Shown one piece after another: positions 50,875 through 62,944 of a stretch of 64,000 nt of DNA; the stretch's first letter is position 1; each line of letters starts with the position of its first letter. The notes under the pieces were generated by a model. That model worked only from the letters and a program-made list of their open reading frames with translations, did not search any database and had not been told where the DNA came from. The stretch is from Mobula hypostoma (Eukaryota): assembly GCF_963921235.1 (NCBI RefSeq), contig NC_086097.1, positions 55,182,001 through 55,246,000 on the forward strand, written 5' to 3'. Both the position numbers and the translations under genes were made by a program.

Positions 50875-51510
50875 TTCCTGTTGCCTGCTTTTGGCCCAGT
50901 ACCCTCCAAGCCCTTCCCTCTCCATGCACCTATCCAAGTGCCTCTTACAAGTTGCAGTTGTACCACCTTGATCACTTCCTCTAGCAGCCTATTTCAGGTT
51001 TTTCACTGCCCTCTGTGGAAAAAGTTATCACTCTGGTCTACCTTAAACCGCCCCTCTATCTTGTATCTGTGCCCTCTAGTTTTGGACTTCCTGGGAAAAA
51101 GACCATGACCATCCCACCGTATCCATGTCATTCATGATTTCATAAACTATTGAGGTCACTTCTCATTTTCCTGTACTCCAAGGAATAAAAATCCAGAATG
51201 TCCAACCTCTCTCCGGAACTCAGACCTGATAGTGCAGGCAGCATCTTGGTGTAGCTCTTCTGCATTTCTCCAGCTTGATGATATCTTTCCTATAACAGAG
51301 TGAACAAAACATGTACACTGTACTCCAAGTATGGTCTCACCAACAATTCCTATATCTGCAACATAATGTCCCTACTCTGAAAATGCCCTGACTGAAAGCC
51401 ATCATGTTAAACTCCTTTTTTACTACCTTGGCTACTGTGTTCTTGCAGTCCTAGGTCCCTTTGTTCCATAACACTGTCATTTAAATGCCCTGCCATTCAC
51501 TGTATAGGTT
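50875..51510 (-). mobile_element. CR1 3' remnant
   Basis: Collinear with other CR1 3' ends (TACTCCAAGTATGGTCTCACCAA). Confidence 0.65.
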
Positions 51511-51684
51511 TGAATGTTGTAAAACGTTATTATTCGCGGAGTATTAGCTTTTATTTCTGATGTTAAGAGCAGTTTAATAAAGGTGAGGAAAAATTGTTTT
51601 GAGAACAATTATAATTTTTCAGTATTTTTAAAAGTAGCAGAATTCTTGTGTGTTGTTTAAAGTAGCTGTTCTTTTTACTTGTAG

Positions 51685-51762
51685 GATTATACAGATTGGC
51701 TGCAGGAGTTTGAGCGTGCTGCACAACAGACTTCATCTTCACTGCAAGCAGAGCAATCAAAG
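51685..51762 (+). CDS. KTN1: Kinectin exon 28/33: DYTDWLQEFERAAQQTSSSLQAEQSK
   Basis: ag/gt; 78 nt, phase 0-0; Y..WL..FE motif. Confidence 0.92.
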
Positions 51763-51975
51763 GTTTGCATGCTTGAATTCTGGCTAGTTTTAAGTATATT
51801 CCTCATTAATTTGTGTGTCTTAACTCATTATATAAAATCAGTTTCTGGTTATTGATAGAAATTGTTTGGAAAAGATCACCTTTGAGAGTTTGATGCCAAA
51901 TACAAGTCTGGATTTTGGGTTGTCTGGCGATGTTAACAGGAAATAATGAATGGAAAATATTATATGAAATGACAT

Positions 51976-52152
51976 GAGCAACACACACAAAATGCTGGAG
52001 GAACTCAGCAGGTCAGGCAGCATATATGGAAAAAAGTACAGCTAGAAAGTACTTTTTTCCATAGATGCTGCCTGGCCTGCTGAGCTCCTCTAGCATTTTG
52101 TGTGTGTGTGTTGCTCGGATTTCTAGCATCTACAGAATTTCTCTTGTTTGTG
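51976..52152. mobile_element. Palindromic Penelope-derived insertion
   Basis: ~62-bp arms 51976-52039 / 52049-52116; flanking direct repeat TGAAATGAC at 51965-51973 and 52156-52164. Confidence 0.78.
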
Positions 52153-53329
52153 ACCTGAAATGACCTCATCATTTTAATGATTTAAATTAAAGTAAATTCT
52201 CCAGTGCTACTTCATCCCTCAATGCTGAAATGAAACGTGAAGGAGTACCACTTAGTGCGGTGATGACCAGAGACTACCCCTTATAGATATAGAACAGTTC
52301 TGAGGCTATTGGAGATGAGCTTCTGCTTTTCTTTCTTTGAATTGTTAGTGATTTGAAGACATTAAAAATAATCTTTTCTATATATATTACCATTTGTAGA
52401 TTGTATATTTTCAAAGAAAATAATTCTGACAATGAATAAACCTGATATTTCATTGCACTTAAACTATTATTGATTTTTTTTTAACTAATCTTGAAAGCAT
52501 AAATAGAAAAGTAGATAATTTTGCCACTTGTGGCTGCAACACAATTCAATGACATCTCGGCTTATCTTGTGCATCATTGTCACATTCCTGCACCAACCCA
52601 TAACCCTTGATTCCCTTATTATCAAAATATCTCCTGAACTCTGTTTTGAATATAGTCAGTCGCTAAGGTCCCTTTGCCCTCTGAGGAATGCAATTCTACA
52701 GATTCTCCACTTGGTAGATGAAGAAGATTCTTCTCATTTTTCCACCCAACTGCACATGTATCTTGTTGAAACATGTATGGATTTGGTGCACTTCAATGAA
52801 ACCGCCTTATTCTTTAAATTCAGCTGACGCTGGGCACAGTCAGTATAATCCTGCCCCACAGGACGAACTACTATTTCTTTAAGCAAGCTTATTCACCTTG
52901 CATGTTTTGCCCTTGACTATCGTTAGAAAATTGGTGATACATTGAACTGTAGGACTGTGATGTTTTCAATCCAAGACATTTATTGTAGATAAAATTACTT
53001 TTAATATGTTAAAGGTGTATCTATAGTCTTATCTCATAAAATGTAGAAATCAGTATTAATGCTAACATTTAATGTCCGTCTCTAATTGCCCCGAATTAAG
53101 GTAATTAAGAGCCATTCACAAAAAACTGACAATAAATGCAGCCAGTGCAGCATTTTCAAATGAACTCTTTGAAAGGGGAGAGTTGCTCTCTTGTACTTGA
53201 ATTAGTTCCCTGTCAATTTTTTTTGTTACTTTAAACCCATGATTTTTAAATCAATGTTTCTAAGCCTTTTCTGATCTAAATCTATTTTGACTATTTGTCA
53301 GCACTATGAAATTAAAGTTGTGCTTAAGG

Positions 53330-53810
53330 CCAAGTAGCATAATGCACAACTAAGTGCTTTTGCCTCACAGGCTCTGGCAACTCATGCTCAATCCTGACTT
53401 TCAGTGTTGCCTGTGTGGAAATTGCACACTCACCTTGCGACTCTGTCTCCACTTCCTTAAAAAAAATTTGTTTTGGTGGATTCATTGGCCCTCGTGTGTA
53501 GATAAGTGATAGAATTCAAGAGATGGGTAAAGATGAGAATGAGAATTTCTTGTTTCTTTGTCCTCACTCTCTGAGTTGATGAGTTGACTTCAGCATGTTT
53601 GTCTGTTTAAATGTGCAAGTTATATTATTTATTGGTCATGCTTAAAATTTAGATCATGGAACAAAAAGAAAAGGAAGCTGAAGAGATGCATGCAATGTTG
53701 CAGTTAGAACAGTCTATTAGTCTAAGATTAGTATTTTGAAGGAATAAAAGTGCTTTATGGTTGGCACTGACTTCTTTGGCTGAAGAGCTTTTTCCATGAC
53801 AATGTATCCA
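53330..53810 (+). mobile_element. Decayed V-SINE/HE1-like SINE interrupted by a duplicated KTN1 segment
   Basis: tRNA-like head (GCCTCACAG...TCAATCCTGAC), TGTGTGGAAATTGCACA central motif, CR1-like tail at ~53750-53810. Confidence 0.5.
53653..53739 (+). pseudogene. KTN1: Partial duplicate of kinectin exon 29 (pseudo-exon or alternative last exon): IMEQKEKEAEEMHAMLQLEQSISLRLVF*
   Basis: 53653-53709 matches 54201-54257 with 2 substitutions, preceded by a copied acceptor; TGA 53737-53739; AATAAA 53743-53748. Confidence 0.85.
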
Positions 53811-54200
53811 TTTATTTCTCACACTACAAGAAGTAAATTTGCATTATACTGAGCCAAGACTATTCAGTTGACAGAAGTATAGAGGCAGTGAACAAAATCA
53901 TCATGTATTTTATTAATTTCTGGGATATTTTGGTCAAGTAGAACCAGTGGAACTACAAACAGGAATGAATTGAAACCCTGGTTGGTCAGTTTGTCTTTTT
54001 GCAAAGGAGTACCTATCGTGCTTGCTTTGAATAATACGTTCAATTTTTAACATCCCCTTAAATCTATTTTCTTGGTTCTTTGCTCTCTCTCTCTGTCTCT
54101 CTCTCTGTCTCTGGGCATTTGAGTTGATAAATTGACTTCAGGATGTTTATGTGTTTAAATGTGCAAGTTGTATTATTTATTGGTCATGTTTAAAATTTAG

Positions 54201-54290
54201 GTCATGGAACAAAAAGAAAAGGAAGCTGAAGAGATGCATGCAATGTTGCAGTCAGAATGCGAGAAGTACAAAACGGTACTTGCGGAAACG
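54201..54290 (+). CDS. KTN1: Kinectin exon 29/33: VMEQKEKEAEEMHAMLQSECEKYKTVLAET
   Basis: ag/gtaagc; 90 nt, phase 0-0; ECEKYK.VLAET motif. Confidence 0.96.
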
Positions 54291-54381
54291 GTAAGCTTTA
54301 CTGTCTGTTTCCATGAGAGTTTGGTCTTCAAATTGTGCTCTTCTCTTAAAAATTAAACTACTTCAATGAAATTGCCCACAG

Positions 54382-54474
54382 GAAGGGATTTTGCAAAGGT
54401 TGCAAAGCAGTGTTGAAGAAGAGGAAGGCAAATGGAAGATGAAACTGGAAGAATCACAGAAGGCATTACTGCAG
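54382..54474 (+). CDS. KTN1: Kinectin exon 30/33: EGILQRLQSSVEEEEGKWKMKLEESQKALLQ
   Basis: cag/gtatgg; 93 nt, phase 0-0. Confidence 0.96.
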
Positions 54475-55019
54475 GTATGGCTTGTCCAATAATTTTCAAC
54501 ATTTTCTGTAATATGATTTTTTCAAAGAGCAACTCATTTTATTTGTATTTACTTTATAATTGACAGACTTTTCTATGATTAGTCAGTAATGTAATATTGA
54601 TCATAAGTCTGAATGTGTTCATCGTGGATTAATGAAAGCACCATATCCATGAACGCAAACTGCCAGTATATACTCTAATTTTCTCCTGTTTCAACAAAGA
54701 ATGGCCTTTGCAATATTTCACGTACTTTTGATATTATGTTCTGGTAATAGCAATGTTTCTGCAAGATCCTCCATGTCCATTGGCAGGATAAGCCAATCAA
54801 TAGCAGTGTAGAAGTGTCCTCTCCCAGATCAATGTCCCCCCCCAGCACTGAGGGTTGAGTTACTTGGCTCTTTCTGTAGGACATAACACAATATTTGTGT
54901 GCCCTACAGCAACCTCCCAAAGAGGTACTCTGTTCCGAGCTCCAACTTGGCTGGGAAGACACAACACAATTCAGGTGTTTTTACAGCCACCTTGGGAAAA
55001 ACTGTGACATACTCACTGA

Positions 55020-56010
55020 CTTGTAAGTGCTCAAAGTTGAAAAAGAGCATTCAGGATGGCTTGAATAATCTCTGGATCATGCAGAAGCCCAGCATTAACA
55101 ATGGAAGTAGCTATGTGCCAAGATTCTATCTGTACTCAGTGTTGTGAGGATGAGTCTGGCCTTGTTGCTGCACAACATCCCAGTCAACTGGACGTTTCCC
55201 CAGTGCCTGTCTCATGCATGGTCAACATGGGGTGTCCTGCAGACACTGCAGGAGAAGGATTCAATGGAGACTGTGGTGCAGTTCCCTGAGCAGACTGTCC
55301 AGACCATCTGGCAGAATACCTCATTGCCAGATCTCACTAACAGGCATCAAGACCTTGCCTAGCTGGTGGTGAGAGGAGCCCTCCCAGTCATATCCTTTCT
55401 GCATACTCAGACCATCAGCCCCACTGTGTCCTTGCCCACGGGATCACTGTAGTGGAGATGAGACATTAGCTCACCTCCTTGCAGCCTGTGAGTTTGTGAA
55501 GAGGTGTGGAGAAATATGCAAGGGCCTGTGTCACTCTTTGTCCCTAACAGCTGCATGACAGAGGACTCTCATCTATGGGCTGTACCCAGGGGGACACAGG
55601 CGAACATCACGTGCTGCTGGCAGATCCATCAACTCAGTGAATAGTGCCTGAAACTTGTTGGTCTTCCAGCACATTGACATGTGTGTAGAGGAATGTTGCC
55701 GACTGGCACATTTCAGGCTGCAGGAGTACATACAGAGGGATGCATGGAAACTTGCTGTAGCCACTACAAGGGCTTGATGGAGAAGGACCACAGTATAAGA
55801 TTCTTCTGCTACGAGACAGGGAGAGACCTGGTTGGGTGAGGAAACCCCTTGATTAAAGCAGTAGTATACCAACTCACGGGGCCACGTGAGGGGCAAGAGT
55901 CCTTTTCGTTTGAAGAAGTGTAATAGAAAGCTATGTAATGCATTGACTGTGAATGTTGGAATGAAGAAGATTGCACATTTTATCTTGGAGTAATTTATTT
56001 TGATATTTTT
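55020..56010 (+). mobile_element. Tx1/L1-clade LINE 3' remnant
   Basis: TIWQNTSLPDLTNRHQDLA*LVVRGALPV followed by a frameshifted CP..CSGDETLAHLLAAC (CCHC zinc knuckle). Confidence 0.6.
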
Positions 56011-56246
56011 AAACAAAAATAATGGAAGTAGCGTACCGCTCTCTTGCTACTTAACCCCTTCAAGCACCACCACTTGCAATAAATGGGTAGGTCTCTTTTT
56101 CCATAGATCTATCCAACTCACTGTCTAAATAAAACAAAAATGTGAAGTTTATTTCAGCTGTGCTGATGAGATTAAAGTTCTAAACTCTTAATAAGATGTT
56201 CTTCATCTCCTCACACAAGTTTTTAATGCTTTGCATTGCATTTCAG

Positions 56247-56318
56247 TCGCAGTCATCTGTCTACACATTGGAGCAAGAATTGGAAAAATTGAAGCTCGAA
56301 AGCACAGAAACAGAAAGT
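56247..56318 (+). CDS. KTN1: Kinectin exon 31/33: SQSSVYTLEQELEKLKLESTETES
   Basis: cag/gtaagt; 72 nt, phase 0-0. Confidence 0.92.
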
Positions 56319-56635
56319 GTAAGTGGATCTTCAAGAAATAGATGCAGGCATTTTTGTGTATTGTCTACATACAGCTGTAAATATTTTTTGAGTGAAATTC
56401 ATTTTGGGTTCAGGTTGACAAAGTTAAAAGAGGTTTGGAGGATGCAGTTGAAGGACACAGGGCCGAAGAAAAGGAAGCATTACTGAAGTAGGGCATTGTG
56501 ATTCATTTACAGACAGAAAGGATGATAAAGGGTTTGTGTTCAAAATTTTACATAGAGGAAGATGAAATGCAGAAGGATTGGAGGTGGGGGGAGTATATGA
56601 TGGGTTTCTACAGAGATTGATGATTGATATTAGGA

Positions 56636-56760
56636 GACCAGAAACTGTAGATGCTGAAATCCCCAATCCACTGGAGAAATAGTGGGCCGAATAACATATG
56701 GAAGGGAGGAATTGTCATTACTCTGGGTCGAAACCCTTCATCAGGACTAAGAGTGGAGAG
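56636..56760 (-). mobile_element. Old Penelope-like end with decayed hammerhead
   Basis: Minus AGUC-CUGAUGA-AGGGUUUCGACCC-AGAG (GAAA lost). Confidence 0.55.
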
Positions 56761-57702
56761 GGGAAATGGTCAGTGCAAAGAGGAAAGTCAGAGTGTTGAA
56801 ATGAGTGCCAGGGTGACTAGTGAACCGATGGGGGGTGGATAAAGTGTAATGGATGGATTTAAGGCTGTTGTTAGGAGTTGTCCATTGCAAAAGATAAGGA
56901 AGGAAAGGGAGTATAATACCTGTGAGTAAGTTACTTGGGGTGAGATCTAGAATTTTTTTTTATTTCTAAGACGTTAAGTTTAGAGGTGGGGAAGTAAGAT
57001 AGATGATTTAAAAGAGGTTTCCTGAAGAAGGGGAGAAGATGCAAGGTGTGATTATTTATTTTTTTTTTAGTGATAGCCACATGTTAACTGCAATAGTTTA
57101 CACCAGGCAAATTTTGGAATTGAAGCTTGGTGTAGGACTTCAGTAAGCTTCAAGATGTCACCGTCCGTGAGCCAGGCTTCTAATCTTATATAATTGTGAT
57201 CATCCCCACTTAGGTCGAGTGCTTTGTGTGCAAGTGAATGAATATTATGCTGAGAGGGTAGAAGGTGTGGGTCCATGAGGTGTAGTGAGTGGGATAGAAT
57301 CAGAATGAGGTTTATTGTCATTGACAGTAGTGATGAGATTTGTTACTTTTGTGGTACTGCAGCATTATTGTGCAGGCATGACTTTTTTTTTTAAATGCAA
57401 AAGAAAAGCAAGGTGGTGTTCGTTGACTGTTATTGAAAGAAAAAATGCCACGAGTTAATGGACAAAAATAATTTGGTTCCTTGTCTTGGGTGCAGTTTAT
57501 GTTTAAAATCATTTAGTGGTATTGCATTGAACTCTGATCCTTGAAGCAGGTCCATTTTATATGTATAATTAGATACTGTGCTTTGAATTTAACAGTTGTG
57601 AGAGTAGTGATTTGATAGTAATCTGTCCTGTTAAGTAAATGTCCTTAAAATTTGTTTGCCTTCTACATATAATTCACATTAAAACCAATATAATCCTTGC
57701 AG

Positions 57703-57786
57703 CTTACAAAAAGGAACAATCATCTTGCATCTGAGTTGGAAAGGGTGGAAATGGAGAGAGCCACTTGTGTAACTGAAGTCAGAGAA
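57703..57786 (+). CDS. KTN1: Kinectin exon 32/33: LTKRNNHLASELERVEMERATCVTEVRE
   Basis: cag/gtgagt; 84 nt, phase 0-0; EMER.T.VTEVRE motif. Confidence 0.94.
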
Positions 57787-58051
57787 GTGAGTCATATGAA
57801 GTCAGCTGACTTCATAGCCTACTATTTTCTTCTGCTTAACTGAAGTATACACTTTCTTTAGGATTGTTACAACTGCAGAAATTTAACTGAACTGATGGTG
57901 ACCTTGCAATGTCTGAACTTTTCATGTTTAAAAGTAATTTCTATCACAACAATCAAAAAGGCTTAAAACTGCAACAATGTATTAACCTACTTTAAATATT
58001 TATACAACCATCCCAGATACAGATTAAACTAGATTTTAAATATAATTTCAG

Positions 58052-58135
58052 CTCAAAGTTCTATTGACTGAGTTACAGAAAAAACTTGATGATTCTTGTG
58101 CTGAAGCAACAAAGCAGAATGAAGAACTAAATTTG
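58052..58135 (+). CDS. KTN1: Kinectin exon 33/33: LKVLLTELQKKLDDSCAEATKQNEELNL
   Basis: cag/gtaaga; 84 nt, phase 0-0; LLTELQKKLDDS..EA..QNEELNL. Confidence 0.96.
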
Positions 58136-58599
58136 GTAAGAAAATCATTGTAACTATGTTCATTTTTCCCCTTAAAAGATGTTTCATAGATTTAATGTAA
58201 GTGGATATTCGTACACCGTGTGCCCTAGAGCAACAGAAATGCTACAAAGATCTACAGTTGAGGCAACATCTTTCCCCAGATGCTGTCTGATCGGAATTCT
58301 TCTGACTTCCTTAATATTTAGGATTTGCAGCATCTGCCGATTTTGTTTATTTTCATGCCCTGTACTGATTTGCCTTCCAATTAATACATCAAGTGTAAAT
58401 GGAGTTAAATCCTTTGATTAGAATAAACAGTCACATTTGATGAGATGATTCAACACATTTGTAGTTGCATTTAAACTGTGTTGACCTGTTTTCATTGGAA
58501 GTAAAATCACACCTAGTGTTGCCCAATGTGAACATTCATAATCAGGGTGTAGTCCAATAACATTTTAAGCACAATTAAATTGGCAATGCTAATTTTGAT

Positions 58600-60070
58600 A
58601 TTAAACAGGGACTTTCAAAAGTTAATTGTGGAAGGCTGTTTACTGGAAAAGGGACATCTGGCAAATGAGACTTTTAAAAGTGAGATAGCTCATGTTCCCG
58701 GTAGAGTGAAAGACGAGGCTGACAGGAGTTAAAAGAGGTGTTTGTCAGGTATAGGCAGCTGGGATCAAAAAATCTTTTGAAGAGTATAGGGGTGTATAAA
58801 CACCTGAAGAGGGAAATCAGGAGAGCAAAAAAGGTCATAACTTTCACAGACAAGTTGAAGGAAAATCCTAACATTTTGCAAATATATTTAGGACAAAAAA
58901 GTAACTAGGGAGAGAATAGGGCTCCCTCAAGATCAATGAGGTTTTCAATGTGTACAGCCACAGGACAGGTGAGGGATCTGATACTAATATATCTTCTCTT
59001 TATTTATCATGAGAAACCCATGGTTGCTGAAGAACCTGGGGAAATTAGTAGTGATATCTTGGAGAGCCCACATTACGTAAGCAGAGATACTGGAAGTCTT
59101 AAAACCCACAGGTTAATAAATCCCCAAGACTTGATCGGGTGCACCCTGGGACATTGAGGGAAGCTAGAGAAGAAATTGCGAGGCTGCTAGTGGAGATGTT
59201 TGTATCATCAATAGGCATGGTTGAGATGCTGAAAAATTGGAGGGTGACTAATGTGCCTTTATTCAATACTAAATGTTGTGCTTTTATTTAAGAAAGGCTA
59301 CAATGTTATACCTTTATTCAAGAAAACTTATAAGAAAAAGCCTGGGAACAGCAGCCCAGAAAGCATATCATCAGTGTTTGATATGTTGTTGGATGGCATT
59401 GGAAAGGCAAGGAGAGTTTGTATGGTTTTGGTCATGGGAAATTGTATCTCACAAATTTGATTGAACTTTTTGAAAAAGTGACGGAGCAGCGCAGTAGACA
59501 TTGCTTACATAGACCTCAGCAAAGCTTTTGGTAAGGTACTGCATTATAGGCTGGTCCAGAAAATTAGATCACGTGGGACTTAGGGCAAACTAACCATTCG
59601 ATGTCATGGCTATTTTGAAGAGACACCAGATGGTGGCAGAGGGTTGTTTCTCTGTAGTGGAGGCCTGTGACCAATGTTATGCTGGATCCTTTTCTTCTTG
59701 GTCATTTCTATAAACAGTCTCCTTGAGAACATGGCTGGCATAGTCAGTACAACTTCAAATGACACTAAATTTGGTGATATAGTGGACAGTGAAGAAGACG
59801 ATGGGATCTTGAGCAACAGGGCTGAGGAATAGCACCTGGGATTTAAATTGGGATAGATACGAAGTGTCGCATTTTGGTAAGACAAACCAGGTCAGCACTT
59901 GCAGAGTAAATGGTAGGGGAATGTTGTAGAATGGAGAGACTCGGTGAAGTGGGTATAAGTTCCTTGAAAGTGGTAACATAGGCGAGGTGATGGGAGGAAA
60001 GCATTTAGCCTCCATTGGTTAGGATATTGAGTATGGGAATTGTTACAGCTTTACAAGTTGTTAGTAAGGC
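58600..60070 (+). mobile_element. CR1 LINE, highly decayed; appears to resume at ~61020-61370 and in tail pieces around 62855-63530
   Basis: Remnants NVIPLFKK..KKKPGN; collinear with 31620-33800. Confidence 0.65.
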
Positions 60071-60077
60071 CATTAAA

Positions 60078-61000
60078 GTCATAAAGTAATACAGCAAAGA
60101 AATGGGCCCTTAAGCCCAACTCATCCATGGTGCCCTCCAAGCTAGTTCCATTGGCCCAGGTTTGCCAATATCCCTCTAAACCCCTCCTTTGCATGTACTA
60201 TACAAACGTCTTTCAAATGTTGTTATTGTACCACTTTTCCTGGCAGCTCATTTTGCATATGTGCTAACCGCTGTGTGAAGAAGCTGCCCCTTCAGGTCCT
60301 TTTTAAATATTTCTTATCTTACCTTCAACTTGTCCTTTAGTTTATAATCTCCCTTCCCTGCAAAAAAGATTCTGTGCATTCATCCTATCTGTAACCTTCA
60401 TGATTTTGTACACTTCTGTAAGGTCATCCCTCAGTCTCCTCTTTTCCAAGGACTAAAGTCCTAGTCTCTCCCCATACCTCAGGCTCTTAAGTTCTGGCAG
60501 CATCCTTTCATATCTTCCCTGTGCTCTCTCTAGTGTAATGATGTCTTTCCTATAACAGGGAATCAAAGCTGTACACAATTCTCCAAGTGTGGTCTCAAGA
60601 GTCTTGTACAGATCCAATAGAATGTCTCTAATATACTCAATGCCCTGACTGATGAAATGCCTTCATCACCCTGTCTGCCTCTGACCTCTGACACTGCTTT
60701 CAGCAAACTATGCACCTGCACCGGTTCTGCTAGGTTCCTGTCCCACAACGTTCCCCAGGCAGGCACTGTATAAGTCCTACCCTGATTTGACTTACTAAAA
60801 TGCAACACTTTTCACTTATCTTAATTGTAAGCAATTTGCCAATTGTTGCCCACTTACCCATCTAATCAAGATCCCCCCCCCCCCAGCAATCTTTGACTTT
60901 CGTCACTGGCAATGATACCACCTAATTTTAGTATCATCCCCAAATTTACTAATCGTATTTTGTATGTTAAAATCCAATGCATTTAGCTAAATGACGAACA
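60078..61000 (-). mobile_element. CR1 3' portion inserted in opposite orientation
   Basis: ORF 60563-60808 LHFSKSNQGRTYTV...LLRPHLENCVQ. Confidence 0.7.
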
Positions 61001-61374
61001 CTTGCCACATAATTCGAGATTTGGAATACCTGTACTGCATTCAGTTCTGGTCATTCTGCTATACGAAGAGTATCATTAAACTGGAAAATCTGCAAAAAAA
61101 AAGAGGAAAAACAACTTATGATGTTGTCACCAGGACTAGAGGGTTTGAGGAATAAAGAAAGCTGGATAGACTAGGACATTTTCCCCCAGGAACATTGGAA
61201 GTCGAGGGGTGAGAGTTTTATGAAATCATGAGAGGCATGGGCAAATTGAACAGACAGTCAAGGGGAGTCCAGAACAAGAGGGCATGGTTTTAAAGTGGGA
61301 GGGGAAAGATTTAAAAGGATCCTGAGAGCCAACTTTCACATAGGGGGTGATGGATAAATAGAACGAGCGCTGAC

Positions 61375-62851
61375 CTGGCCCACCTGGCTTGTTATTTGAA
61401 TAACAAAGGACAGTTCTTGTCGGAACATTGCAGTCCACACAGAAGTTGATGTAATCAGTGATGCACTGTGTTAGCCCATCAGTATCCTCTCCATGTGGCT
61501 CACAGAGTGCCTGCCAGTCTGTCACCTCAAAACAACCCTGGAGCGCCTCATAAGCCTCCTCCGACCATTTCCTCACTGTCCTTGAGGTTGCAGGTTTACT
61601 CTTCACCAGAGGCACGTAGCAGGGTATTAGATGCACCAGGTTGTGATCTACCAGCCCCGACTAGGAATTGAGAATGCCATTGTCTACCTGCTGAACCGTG
61701 ACTACGCCCACCTGGACAAGCTAGCAAGCACTGTGAGGGTCATGTTTTTTGACTTCTCCAGTACGTTCAACACCATCCGCCCTGCTCTGCTGGGGGAGAA
61801 GCTGACAGCGATGCAGGTGGATGCTTTCCTGGTGTCATGGATTCTTGATTACCTGACTGGCAGACCACAGTACGTGTGCTTGCAACACTGTGTGTCTGAC
61901 AGAGTGATCAGCAGCACTGGGGCTCCACAGGGGACTGTCTTGTCTCCCTTTCTCTTCACCATTTACACCTCGGACTTCAACTACTGCACAGAGTCTTGTC
62001 ATCTTCAGAAGTTTTCTGATGACTCTGCCATAGTTGGATGCATCAGCAAGGGAGATAAGGCTGAGTACAGGGCTACGGTAGGAAACTTTGTCACATGGTG
62101 TGAGCAGAATTATCTGCAGCTTAATGTGAAAAAGACTAAGGAGCTGAGGAGAGCTAAGGAACCGGTGACCCCTGTTTCCATCTAGGGGGTCAGTGTGGAC
62201 ATGGTGGAGGATTACAAATACCTGGGGATACGAATTGACAATAAACTGGACTGGTCAATGAACACTGCGACTGTCTACAGGAAGGGTCAGAGCCGTCTCT
62301 ATTTCCTGAGGAGACTGAGGTCCTTTAACATCTGTCGGACGATGCTGAGGATGTTCTACGAGTCTGTAGTGGCCAGTGCGATCATGATTGTTGTTGTGTG
62401 CTGGGGCAGCAGGCTGAGGGTAGCAGACACCAACAGAATCAACAAACTCATTCGTAAGGCCAGTGATGTTGTGGGGATGGAACTGGACTCTCTGACGGTG
62501 GTGTCTGAAAAGAGGATGCTGTCCAAGTTGCATGCCATTTTGGACAATGTCTCCCATCCAGTACATAATGTACTGGGTGGGCACAGGAGTACATTCAGCC
62601 AGAGGCTCATTCCACCGAGATGCAACACAGAGCGTCATAGGAAGTCATTCCTGCCTGTGGCCATCAAACTTTACAACTCCTCCCTTGGAGGGTCAGACAG
62701 CCTGAGCCAATAGGCTGGTCCTGAACTTATTTCCTGGCATAATTTTCATATTACTATTTAATTATTTATGGTTTTATTACTATTTAATTATTTATGGTGC
62801 AACTGTAACGAAAACCGATTTCCCCTGGGATTAATAAAGTATGACTATGAC
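61375..62851 (+). mobile_element. Young Rex1/Babar LINE, 5'-truncated with a 5' inversion (61375-61642 on minus)
   Basis: Same-frame ORFs 61631-62185 and 62195-62713 (FFDFSSTFNTI, GAPQGTVLSP, KFSDDS, YKYLGI, SRLYFLRRL) split by one TAG; tail AATAAAGTATGACTATGAC; upstream linker region encoded on the opposite strand. Confidence 0.88.
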
Positions 62852-62944
62852 ATTGACTTTTAAAAGACAGGTACATAGATAGAAATGGCTTCGAGAGAGA
62901 TAGGCCAAACACAGGCAAATGGGATTAGCAGTTGGGTAACTTGG

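Noticed and set aside
16593..58135. Assignment to the paralog RRBP1 (p180)
   Set aside because: Motifs ELNKLRQDYARL, EVQSLHSKLTDT, LLTELQKKLDDS and QNEELNL match kinectin as I recall it; a BLASTP would confirm
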